Positions 44,816-53,149 of a stretch of 64,000 bases of DNA are shown in pieces. The DNA is from Acidobacteriota bacterium (GTDB taxonomy: Bacteria; Acidobacteriota; Aminicenantia; UBA2199): NCBI GenBank assembly GCA_022711715.1, contig JAKLEC010000002.1, forward strand, positions 5,881 through 69,880, given 5' to 3'. The notes beneath the pieces are model-generated. The model searched no databases. It saw only the letters and a list, made by a program, of their open reading frames with translations, and was not told the DNA's origin. Position 1 is the stretch's first letter. Each line of letters begins with the position of its first letter. A program made the translations under genes and the position numbers.

Positions 44816-47800
44816 ATGAACAAAGGTGCGGCCGGCAACCTCCGCCGCGGAGCGGCGGCGCTGAGGCGTTTCCTGCTCGCGGCGTGGCTCTGCGCCATCG
44901 TGGCAACGCCGGCGCCGGCCCTCGATCCCCAGAAGCGCATCGACCACTACATTATCGACTTCTGGGGCACCGACAACAGCGACCTGTCCCAGAACTCCGT
45001 CCTGTGCATCGTGCAGACGCGCGACGGCTACCTATGGCTGGGCACCTACGAGGGGCTGTGCCGCTTCGACGGCCTGAGCTTCACGGTCTTCGACAAGTCG
45101 ACTAACCGCGAGATCGCCAGCAACGGCATGCTGGCCATGGCCGAAGGCGCCGACGGCACGCTGTGGATCGGCACGGCCAACGGCCTCTTGTGCCGCCGCG
45201 ACGGCCGCTTCCGCCTCTATACCTCCGCCGACGGGCTGCCGGGCGACTTCGTGCAGGCGCTGTGCTTCGACGCCGGCGGCACGCTGTGGATCGGCACCAC
45301 CTTGGGCCTGGGTCGCCGGCGCGACGGCCGCTTCGAGCGCGTGCCGGCGCCGGCCGGCGGCGAGCTGCATTATGTCTCGGCGCTGAGCGCCGACCGCGAG
45401 GGGACGCTGTGGGTCGGCTGCGACAACGGCCTGTTCTCGCTGCGCGCCGGGCGCTGGGACGCGCTGCCCCTGCCGGGCGGCCGGGCCGACAACACCATCT
45501 GGTCGCTGTGCGCCGCCCGCGACGGCACCCTGTGGATCGGTACGGCCGGCGAGCGCCTCTTTGCCCGGCGCGGCGCGGCGCTGCAGTCCTACGGCGGCGA
45601 GGACGGCATCGCCGGCGGCCGCTTCCGCGTGCTGTATGAGGATAGCCGCGGCACCCTCTGGGCCGGCACCGACAACGGCGGCCTGAACCGCTTCGAGGGC
45701 AGGAAGTTCAGCGCCATCGGCCTGGCCCACGGCCTGAGCAACGACTCGGTGCGCTCCCTGGCCGAGGACCACGAGGGCAGCCTGTGGATCGGCACCTTCG
45801 GCGGCGGCCTGAACCGGCTCAAGGACGACCGCTACCTCTTCTACAATTCGCGCAACGGGCTGCCGGTGGACATGACCCGCGCGGTCTTCCAGGACCGCGA
45901 GGGCGATTTCTGGGTCGGCACCATCGGCGGCGGCCTGGCGCGGTTCCGCGACGGCCGCTTCCACATCTACGGCGAACGCGACGGGCTGGCCAACCTGCGG
46001 GTCTGGTCCATCGCCCAGGGGCTCGACGGCGCCATCTGGTTCGGCACTTACGGCGGCGGCCTGCACCGCCTGCAGAACGAGCGCATCACCCACTATTCGA
46101 CGCGCAACGGCCTGGCCAACGACATCGTGCGCGCCGTGCTTGCCGCCCGCGACGGCGCGATCTGGGCCGGCAGCAACGGCGGCGGCATCGACATCCTGCA
46201 TGCCGACGGCCGGATCGAGAATATCAACCGGCGCAACGGCCTGCACGACGACTTCATCTACGCCCTGGCCCAGGACGCCCAGGGCGACGTCTGGGCCGGC
46301 TCCTACAACGGCGACCTGTACCGCATCCGCGGCCGCCAGGTCACGGTCTTCCAGCCCAGCGCCGGCGGCATGCAGAACGCCGTCTGGTGCATCCGCCCCG
46401 ACGAGGGCGGCGTGCTCTGGCTGGGCACCAACAGCGGCGGCCTGATCCGCTTCAAGGACGGCCGCTTCCGCGCCATCACCTCCCGCGACGGCCTCTACAA
46501 CGACGTGGCCTTTCAGATCCTGGAGGACGACCACGGCTACCTGTGGATGAACTGCAACAAGGGAGTCTACCGCGCCGAGAAGCGCGAGCTGAACGAGTTC
46601 GCCGACGGCCGCCTGGCGCGGGTGCACTCCCTCTCCTTCGGCGTCTCCGAGGGGGTGCGCGGGGTCGAGAGCACCGGGCCGGCGCAGCCGGCGGGCTGGA
46701 AGGGGCGCGACGGCCGGCTGTGGTTCCCGACCATCAAGGGCGTGGCCGTGGTCGATCCCGACTACCGCAAGCGCAACGAGCGCGTGCCGCCGGTGCTCAT
46801 CGAGCGCCTGGCCGTCAACGGCGAGCCGGTCGACCTCTCCGCCCCGCCGGTCATCGGTCCCGGCCGCCGCAAGCTCGAGTTCACCTTCACTGCCCTCAGC
46901 TTCCTGGTGCCCGAGAAGAACCGCTTCCGCACGATGCTGCGCGGCTTCGACCGCGACTGGAGCCCCGAGAGCGGCCAGCGCCAGGTCTCCTACACCAACC
47001 TGCCGCCGGGAAAGTACGTCTTCTGCGTGGTCGCCTGCAACAACGACGGCGAGTGGAACCTCCAGGGCGCCAGCCTGGGGTTCACGCTGCGCCCCTTCTT
47101 CTTCCAGACGACGTGGTTCTGGGCCGTGGTCTTCCTCGCCTTCTCGCTGCTGGCCGTCCTGGCCTACCGCTGGCGCTTCCGCAGCCTGCAGCGGCGCGAG
47201 CGGCAGCTGCAGGCGCTGGTACGCGAGCGCACCGGCGAGCTGTCGCGGCTGAACGAGGAACTGCTCAAGGCCAACCACATGCAGGACGAGCTGCAGCGCA
47301 TCGCCGTTCACGACCTGAAGAACCCCCTGCAGGCCATCATGGGGGCCGCCGACCTGATCCAGCGCCAGGGGCGCGAGGCGACCGGCGGCGCCATGCTGGC
47401 CGAGAAGATCACCCTGGCCGGCAAGCGCATGCTGAACCTGATCAACGAGATGCTGGAGATCTCGCGCTTCGAGCGCGGCGACGTCAAGCTCGAGCTCCAG
47501 GTCCTCGACCTGGGCGAGCTGATCGCCCTGGCCGCCGACGGCTTCGCCGAGCCGATGCGCCAGAAAGGGCAGCGGCTCCAGCTTGAGCTGGAGCCGGGCT
47601 CCCGGGTCGAGGGCGACCTGGAGTGGCTGAAGGAGGTCTTCGACAACCTGATCAGCAACGCCGTGAAATACTCCCCGCTGGGAACGGTGATTACGCTGCG
47701 CACACGGCGGATGGAGGCGACGGTGCGCGCCGAGGTGAGCGACCAGGGCCCGGGGCTCACCGCCGCCGACCAGGAGAACCTGTTCAAGAAGTTCCAGCGC

Positions 47801-47956
47801 CTGAGCGCCAGGCCCACCGGCGGCGAGTCTTCGACCGGCCTGGGGCTTTCCATCGCCGAGATGCTGGTGCGCAAGCACGGCGGGCGCATCTGGGCCGAGA
47901 GCGCGCCGGGGCGGGGCAGCACCTTCTGCGTCGAGATGCCCGCCGCCCGCTCCTAG
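44816..47956 (+). CDS. Sensor histidine kinase with periplasmic beta-propeller + Y_Y_Y domains
   Basis: Track ORF trimmed to MNKGAAGNLRR. Many GTLWIGT/LWAGT propeller blades, a Y_Y_Y-like region (YTNLPPGKYVFCV), one TM helix, H-box IAVHDLKNPL, N-box NLISNAVKYS, G-boxes DQGPGL and GLGLSI. No receiver domain. Confidence 0.9.
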   Translation: MNKGAAGNLRRGAAALRRFLLAAWLCAIVATPAPALDPQKRIDHYIIDFWGTDNSDLSQNSVLCIVQTRDGYLWLGTYEGLCRFDGLSFTVFDKSTNREIASNGMLAMAEGADGTLWIGTANGLLCRRDGRFRLYTSADGLPGDFVQALCFDAGGTLWIGTTLGLGRRRDGRFERVPAPAGGELHYVSALSADREGTLWVGCDNGLFSLRAGRWDALPLPGGRADNTIWSLCAARDGTLWIGTAGERLFARRGAALQSYGGEDGIAGGRFRVLYEDSRGTLWAGTDNGGLNRFEGRKFSAIGLAHGLSNDSVRSLAEDHEGSLWIGTFGGGLNRLKDDRYLFYNSRNGLPVDMTRAVFQDREGDFWVGTIGGGLARFRDGRFHIYGERDGLANLRVWSIAQGLDGAIWFGTYGGGLHRLQNERITHYSTRNGLANDIVRAVLAARDGAIWAGSNGGGIDILHADGRIENINRRNGLHDDFIYALAQDAQGDVWAGSYNGDLYRIRGRQVTVFQPSAGGMQNAVWCIRPDEGGVLWLGTNSGGLIRFKDGRFRAITSRDGLYNDVAFQILEDDHGYLWMNCNKGVYRAEKRELNEFADGRLARVHSLSFGVSEGVRGVESTGPAQPAGWKGRDGRLWFPTIKGVAVVDPDYRKRNERVPPVLIERLAVNGEPVDLSAPPVIGPGRRKLEFTFTALSFLVPEKNRFRTMLRGFDRDWSPESGQRQVSYTNLPPGKYVFCVVACNNDGEWNLQGASLGFTLRPFFFQTTWFWAVVFLAFSLLAVLAYRWRFRSLQRRERQLQALVRERTGELSRLNEELLKANHMQDELQRIAVHDLKNPLQAIMGAADLIQRQGREATGGAMLAEKITLAGKRMLNLINEMLEISRFERGDVKLELQVLDLGELIALAADGFAEPMRQKGQRLQLELEPGSRVEGDLEWLKEVFDNLISNAVKYSPLGTVITLRTRRMEATVRAEVSDQGPGLTAADQENLFKKFQRLSARPTGGESSTGLGLSIAEMLVRKHGGRIWAESAPGRGSTFCVEMPAARS

Positions 47957-48984
47957 CTCCGCCCCTGCTTCAGCCGGCGCACCCGCTGCCAGGCCTCGTC
48001 CACGCGCGCGGCCGGCACGCGCCCGCCGCGCACCAGGGCGACGACGGCCGCGTGCGCCCGCTCGGCGGCGTCGCGGCGGAATTCCAGGTTGTTGGCGATC
48101 AGCAGCATGTCGTTGCCGGCGTTCAGCGCCAGCTCCAGCGCATGCTCGCGGGAGTACTCGCTGCGGATGGCGCCCATGTCCAGGTCGTCGGAGAGCACCG
48201 CGCCGGCGAAGCCGATATCGCGCCGCAGCAGCCCCTCGACGGTCGGCCGCGAGAGGGAGGCGGGATGCTCGGGATCGAGGCGGAGGTTGAAGACGTGGGC
48301 GGTCATGACGGCCTCGACGCCGCCGGCGGCGATGAGTTCGCGATAGGGCTTGAGCTCGGCCGGCGTCCAGGTGTCGCTGACGTCGGTGAATCCCTGGTGC
48401 GAGTCGCCGCGCGAGCTGCCATGGCCGGGAAAGTGCTTCAGGCAGCAGGCGATGCCCCGGGCGGCGTGGGCGGCGATCACCTCGCGGGCGTGGCGCGCCA
48501 CCACGGCCGGGTCGGCCGAGTAGCTGCGCCCGAAGCGGCCGATGATCGGGTTGTCGGGAAATACGTCCAGGTCGACCACCGGCGCGAAGTTGAGGTTGAC
48601 GCCGGCGGCGGCCAGGGCGGCGGCGGTGGCCTCGGCGTGACGGCGGGTGAGCGCCGGGTCGTCCTCAGCCCCCAGCTCGCGCGCCGGCGGCGTCTCCGGG
48701 AAGCCGTGGCGACGCTGCAGCCGCGCCACCCGCCCCCCTTCCTGGTCGACCGCCACCAGCAGCGGCAGGGGGGCGGCGCGCTGCAGCCGCGCGATCAGCC
48801 GGCGCACCTGGCCGGCGTCGCGGACGTTGCGGCCGTCACGGCCCAGCTTCACGTCGCGGTCGAAGAGGACCACGCCGCCGATCCGCCCGGCTTCGACGGC
48901 GCGCAGGATGGGGGAGCGCGGGCCGGCCTCCAGGCCGCGGAAGCCGACCATCAGCAGCTGGCCGACCTTCTCCTCGAGGGTCAC
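47953..48984 (-). CDS. nagZ: Beta-N-acetylhexosaminidase NagZ (GH3)
   Basis: LEEKVGQLLMVGF, AVDQEGGRV, KHFPGHG motifs; no signal peptide. Confidence 0.88.
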   Translation of the reverse strand: MTLEEKVGQLLMVGFRGLEAGPRSPILRAVEAGRIGGVVLFDRDVKLGRDGRNVRDAGQVRRLIARLQRAAPLPLLVAVDQEGGRVARLQRRHGFPETPPARELGAEDDPALTRRHAEATAAALAAAGVNLNFAPVVDLDVFPDNPIIGRFGRSYSADPAVVARHAREVIAAHAARGIACCLKHFPGHGSSRGDSHQGFTDVSDTWTPAELKPYRELIAAGGVEAVMTAHVFNLRLDPEHPASLSRPTVEGLLRRDIGFAGAVLSDDLDMGAIRSEYSREHALELALNAGNDMLLIANNLEFRRDAAERAHAAVVALVRGGRVPAARVDEAWQRVRRLKQGRS

Positions 48985-48988
48985 CCCG

Positions 48989-50236
48989 TCACATTCCGTA
49001 GCGCTCGATGATCTCCTGCTTGGTCTTGTGCAGGATCTCGAACTTCTTGCCGACCTTGGCGAAGGCGGCCAGGGCCTTGTCCAGGTGCTTCTGCTCGTGG
49101 GCGGCGGAGAGCTGGGTGCGGATGCGCGCCTGGCCCTTGGCCACCACCGGGAAGAAGAAGCCCACGGCGTAGATCCCCTCCCCGTACAGTTCCTTGGCGA
49201 AGTCCTGCGAGAGCTTGGCGTTGAAGAGCATCACCGGCACGATCGGCGTCTCCCCCTCCTTGATGATCAGGCCGGCGTCGGTCAGCCCTTTCCGCCAGAA
49301 GGCGGTGTTGCGCTCCAGCTTGTCGCGGCGCTCGGTCGTGCGCGCGATGATGTCCAGCACGGCGTTGGCGCCGGAGACCACCACCGGCGGGATGGTGTTG
49401 GAGAAGAGGTAGGGGCGCGCCTTCTGGCGGCACATCTCCACCAGCTCGCGCCGCCCCGAGACGCAGCCGCCGGAGGCCCCGCCCAGGGCCTTGCCCAGGG
49501 TGGTGGTGATGATGTCGATCCTGCCCAGCACGCCGCAGTGCTCGTGGGTGCCGCGGCCGGTCCTGCCGATGAAGCCCGAGGCGTGCGAGTCGTCGACGAA
49601 GACCAGGGCGCCGTACTTCTCGGCCAGCGCCACGATCTGGTCCAGCTTGGCCAGGTCGCCGTCCATGGAGAAGGCGCCGTCGGTGATGATCACGCGCACG
49701 CGCGCCTTGGCGTGCAGTTGCAGCTTCTCCTCCAGGTGGCCCATGTCGGAGTGCTTGAAGGTGTCCTGCTGGGCCTTGCACAGGCGCATGCCGTCCACGA
49801 TCGAGGCGTGCACCAGGCGGTCGGAGATCATCACGTCCTGCTCGTTGAGGACGGCCTCGAACACGCCGGCGTTGGCGTCCATGCACGAGGGGAAGAGGAT
49901 GGTGTCCTCGGTGCCCAGGAACTTCGTCAGCTTGCCCTCCAGCTCCTTGTGGATGTCCTGGGTGCCGCAGATGAAGCGCACCGAGGACATGCCGTAGCCG
50001 CGGTGGTCGAGCCCCTTGCGCGCCGCCTCCACCACCTCGGGGTGCGAGGACAGCCCCAGGTAGTTGTTGGCGCACATGTTGATCACGTGCTTCATCTCGG
50101 CGCCGGCGGGGAACTGCACCTCGATCTCGGAGTCCTGCGGGGCGCAGATGATGCGCTCCTCCTTGAAGATGCCGGCCGAGCGGATGTCGCCCAGCTCTTT
50201 CTGGTAGATGGCGCGGACGTCGTCGGTGAATGCCAT
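48989..50236 (-). CDS. Alpha-oxoamine synthase, diverged Kbl paralogue coupled to an ACP gene (Spt-like candidate)
   Basis: NNYLGLSSHPE, SVRFICGTQD, DDSHASGF, TLGKA (PLP Lys). Diverges from the 39979..41241 copy in the substrate-pocket blocks (FPSCMDANAGVFEAVLNEQDVMISDRLVHASIVDG). 7-nt gap to the upstream ACP gene. Confidence 0.8.
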   Translation of the reverse strand: MAFTDDVRAIYQKELGDIRSAGIFKEERIICAPQDSEIEVQFPAGAEMKHVINMCANNYLGLSSHPEVVEAARKGLDHRGYGMSSVRFICGTQDIHKELEGKLTKFLGTEDTILFPSCMDANAGVFEAVLNEQDVMISDRLVHASIVDGMRLCKAQQDTFKHSDMGHLEEKLQLHAKARVRVIITDGAFSMDGDLAKLDQIVALAEKYGALVFVDDSHASGFIGRTGRGTHEHCGVLGRIDIITTTLGKALGGASGGCVSGRRELVEMCRQKARPYLFSNTIPPVVVSGANAVLDIIARTTERRDKLERNTAFWRKGLTDAGLIIKEGETPIVPVMLFNAKLSQDFAKELYGEGIYAVGFFFPVVAKGQARIRTQLSAAHEQKHLDKALAAFAKVGKKFEILHKTKQEIIERYGM

Positions 50237-50243
50237 GGGACGC

Positions 50244-50495
50244 CTACCGAACGTTGAACTCGGCGAGCATCTTGAGGATGTTGTTCACCGAGTCGAAGGC
50301 CTCGGGGGTGGCCTTGGCGTCGGGGATCTGGAGGGCGTACTTCGTCTCCAGGAAGCGCTTCAGCGAGACCATGGAGAAGGAGTCGACGATGCCGCCCGAG
50401 ATCAGCGGCGTGTCGTAGGTGATCTCGCGGTCGTCGTCTTCTTCCAGGTATTCCTTTTTCACGTAATCGAGAATGACGTCTTTCAGTTCGGCCAT
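50244..50495 (-). CDS. Acyl carrier protein (stand-alone)
   Basis: Track ORF trimmed to MAELKDVILDYVKK (AAGGAG SD). 83 aa, acidic, phosphopantetheine-site-like GGIVDSFSMVSL. Confidence 0.8.
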   Translation of the reverse strand: MAELKDVILDYVKKEYLEEDDDREITYDTPLISGGIVDSFSMVSLKRFLETKYALQIPDAKATPEAFDSVNNILKMLAEFNVR

Positions 50496-50538
50496 GGTGT
50501 TCTCCTTGGTGGATTGGCGATAACTTTCTATTACTATG

Positions 50539-50713
50539 GAAGGGGAGGGAAAGTCAATAGAGCCGGATCCTGGCGTACGGCATACGGCGTACGGCGGGAC
50601 GAAGCTCAGGGAAGACGGAGGGAAGAGAGAGTGGGACAAAGCCATCCCAGTGCATCTTTCTCAATATTTCTTCCCTCTGCCTTTCCCTTTTTCCTTCCCT
50701 CTCTCTTCCCTGG
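50539..50713. repeat. Repeat element R5 (GGCRTAC array plus complementary purine and pyrimidine arrays)
   Basis: GGCGTAC GGCATAC GGCGTAC GGCGGGA (50572-50599), the reverse complement of the CCGTAYG arrays. Purine run AGGGAAG ACGGAGG GAAGAGA GAGTGGG (50608-50635). Pyrimidine run CTTCCCT CTGCCTT TCCCTTT TTCCTTC CCTCTCT CTTCCCT (50670-50711). Confidence 0.85.
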
Positions 50714-50730
50714 AGCACCAGGACACCTTC

Positions 50731-50739
50731 TGCTATAAT
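50731..50739 (+). promoter_or_regulatory. Extended -10 promoter element; HAD gene apparently leaderless
   Basis: TGCTATAAT (TATAAT = 50734-50739), 5 nt, then the ATG at 50745; no Shine-Dalgarno. Confidence 0.45.
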
Positions 50740-50744
50740 AATAA

Positions 50745-51434
50745 ATGCTCCAAAAAACGCACCGGCGCCCGTCCGCCCTGATCTTCGACATGGACGGTTT
50801 GATGATCGACTCCGAGCGCCTCTATTTCGCCGCCGAGCGCGAGATGGCCGCGCAGTTCGGCAAGGAGCTCCGCGACGAGCAATTATGGCCGCTGATGGGG
50901 CGCAAGCCCATCGAGTCGCTGCGCCTGTTGCGCGGCATCCTGGGGATCGATCCCCCCGCCGAGGAGCTCCTCGAATGGCGTAACCGGCTGATGCTCGCGA
51001 AGATGCGGCGTGAGCTGGGCGCCATGCCCGGGCTGCACGAGATCCTGGAGGCCTTTCATGGCCGGCTGAAGCTGGCCGTGGCCACCGGCGCCCAGCGGGA
51101 GTTCCTGGACATCGCCCTCGACACGCTGCGCATCCGCGGCTACTTCGCCGTGCTGCAGACCGCCGACGGCCTGGAGCGCGGCAAGCCTGACCCGGAAATT
51201 TATCGCCTCGCCTGCAGCCGCCTGGGTCTGCCGCCGGCGGCGTGCATCGTGCTCGAGGACGCGCGCAACGGCGTGCTGGCCGGCAGGGCCGCCGGCTGCC
51301 CGGTCGTCGCCGTGCCCAACGACTACACCCGCGGCCAGGATTTCAGCGAAGCCGACTGGGTCGAGCCCGACCTCTTCGCCGCGGCGCGCCGGATCGAGAA
51401 GCTGCTGGACGCCAGGAATGGAGCCAATCAATGA
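50745..51434 (+). CDS. HAD-superfamily hydrolase (beta-phosphoglucomutase/phosphatase-like)
   Basis: Motif I FDMDGLMIDSE, motif II VATG, motif III/IV GKPDPEIY...LEDARNGVLAG. Confidence 0.88.
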   Translation: MLQKTHRRPSALIFDMDGLMIDSERLYFAAEREMAAQFGKELRDEQLWPLMGRKPIESLRLLRGILGIDPPAEELLEWRNRLMLAKMRRELGAMPGLHEILEAFHGRLKLAVATGAQREFLDIALDTLRIRGYFAVLQTADGLERGKPDPEIYRLACSRLGLPPAACIVLEDARNGVLAGRAAGCPVVAVPNDYTRGQDFSEADWVEPDLFAAARRIEKLLDARNGANQ

Positions 51435-52054
51435 AATCCTTTGGAGATTTTCAAGAAGCGGCCATCACGGGAAAAGGACGCATCGGCCTGTGTTTCCAGG
51501 AACTTGGCGTTCGCTCCCTGCGCGATGCCTGCCGCTGGGTCCAGGAACTGCCCTACGGGTACAACTCGAATCCCGACGACGCCTTCTAGCTGTTCGCCGA
51601 CGGCATGGGCACCTGCTCGTCCAAGCACGGCGTCATCGCCGAGCTGGCGGAGGAGCTCGGGGTCCCCATTTTCAAGTACATCGGGTTTTACCGGCTCGAC
51701 GAAAGCATCGTCGAAGGGGTGGAGCGGATCCTGGCGTTCCACGGGCTGAGCTTCATCCCGCAGACCCATTGCGTCCTCGGTTTCCACGCGACTTTCGTTG
51801 ACCTCACGGCGGGCAATTGCCACGGCAAGAAAAAGGACGTCGTGGACATGGATCTCCTGGTTCGGGTCCCGCCCAGCCCCAACCGGAAGCTGAAGGAGGA
51901 AATCTATTTGTTCGGATTGGCATTTTACAAAAGAAACGACCCGGCGCTCGCCCGCCTTAGCGACTGCGAATGCCTGGAGATCCTCAGGCAGTGCGACGAG
52001 GCGCATCGTTTCATGTGTGCGCTCCTCCCGCGTTCCGAATCGGTCATCCTCTGA
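51431..52054 (+). pseudogene. Uncharacterised gene interrupted by an in-frame TAG (possible transglutaminase/papain-like fold)
   Basis: 51431..51586 (MKSFGDFQEAAITGKG...YGYNSNPDDAF) and 51605..52054 (MGTCSSKHGVIAELAEELGVP...) are in the same frame. They are separated only by the TAG at 51587-51589 plus 5 sense codons. Lower GC than the surroundings. Confidence 0.6.
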
Positions 52055-52106
52055 AGGAAATCTACTGCCAATCCTCCCACCCTGTTCTTGTGTGCGGAAC
52101 GAATTG

Positions 52107-53125
52107 GGGTCGGTACTTTAATTCTTGTATTTGATCTCCTCCCGCTGGAAAGTCACAAGATCCTGACTGCTCTCCCCATTTCTGCTGTGGTAGAATCGGG
52201 CCATGAGATTTCCCAGGCTGACATACCCCGGGGCATTCCATCATGCGACAAGCCGGGGGATCAATGGAGAGAGTATTTTCGCCAATGAAGGGGACAAGAG
52301 CACTTTTCTGGAATTGCTGAGGAAAAAAGCGCGGGTGAACGGCGTACGGATCATTGCCTATTGCGTGATGGACAACCATTATCACCTCATCTTGGAAAAC
52401 ATGTCGGGCCGGCTGTCCCAGTTTTTCAAGCAGTTGAACGGCCAGTACGGGCTGCTCTACCGGAAAAAATCCGGGAGCAAAGGGTACGTATTCCAGGACC
52501 GGTTCCACTCGTCTCTGATCCAAGACGATTCCTATCTGATCCTGGCGATCCGCTATGTTCTCCAGAATCCGGTCAAGGCCGGGCTGGCGCGAGCGGCAAT
52601 TTCCTATCCCTGGTCAAGCGCCAGGTTGTATTTTGATGGATTCAAGCAAGATTGGCTGGCCACGGACATCGTCGAGGGACTGTTCAGGACACGGAAAAAG
52701 TTTCTCGAAACCCTGGGCGATGTTTCCGACGTGGCATTGCCCTTAATAAAGACGAGGCTGGGCCCTGTCATCGGCCAAGAGGATGCGATTGAAGATGCTT
52801 TGCCCAAATTCGAGCGCAGGAAAACAGAGGCGGACGCAAAGCGCATGCGGAGCGAGGACCATTTTTTCGAGCCTGAGGCGAAAGTGATCCAGGAATTTGA
52901 ACGCAAGCATACGATCAAGATCGATCGGATTGACTGCGACACATATTCCGGCAAGCGCCTGAGAGGTGAGCTGCTCGTTTGGCTGCATGATTTCGCAGGC
53001 TCGACATACGCGCAGATCGTCGAGATCCCACTGTTTTACGATCTGAAACCCCAATCGCTGGGGCATCTATATAAAAACGCCAAAAGGAGAGCCGGTGAAG
53101 AATACAAGAATTAAAGTACCGGCCC
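52107..53125 (+). mobile_element. RAYT-type (IS200-like Y1 transposase) unit bracketed by inverted repeats
   Basis: CGGTACTTTAATTCTTGTATT (52111-52131) is the perfect reverse complement of 53101-53121; the match extends to 25 bp with one mismatch (52107-52131 / 53101-53125). The enclosed DNA is visibly AT-richer (by eye ~50% GC). Confidence 0.75.
52203..53114 (+). CDS. REP-associated tyrosine transposase-like protein (Y1/HUH, IS200-like) with C-terminal DnaA-C-like HTH
   Basis: HUH motif MDNHYHLILE, catalytic Tyr region AIRYVLQNPVKAGL, N-terminal YHATSRG. C-terminal LRGELLVWLHDFAGSTYAQIVE resembles the DnaA domain IV helix-turn-helix. Confidence 0.8.
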   Translation: MRFPRLTYPGAFHHATSRGINGESIFANEGDKSTFLELLRKKARVNGVRIIAYCVMDNHYHLILENMSGRLSQFFKQLNGQYGLLYRKKSGSKGYVFQDRFHSSLIQDDSYLILAIRYVLQNPVKAGLARAAISYPWSSARLYFDGFKQDWLATDIVEGLFRTRKKFLETLGDVSDVALPLIKTRLGPVIGQEDAIEDALPKFERRKTEADAKRMRSEDHFFEPEAKVIQEFERKHTIKIDRIDCDTYSGKRLRGELLVWLHDFAGSTYAQIVEIPLFYDLKPQSLGHLYKNAKRRAGEEYKN

Positions 53126-53149
53126 TCACGCTTTAGGAGGTTTTCTGCA

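Noticed and set aside
47953-47956. Convergent sensor-kinase and nagZ genes sharing a CTAG so that both stop codons overlap
   Set aside because: A real but trivial consequence of the TAG/CTA palindrome; no functional implication can be supported.
51587-51589. In-frame TAG as pyrrolysine or programmed recoding
   Set aside because: No pyl genes or other recoding signals are visible in the window. A nonsense mutation or sequencing error is more parsimonious. It is kept only as a low-probability alternative in the finding.
52111-53121. RAYT as the mobiliser of the heptamer-array family
   Set aside because: The 21-bp repeats flanking the RAYT share no sequence with any array module in this window. 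The link cannot be supported from this window alone and is left as an open test.
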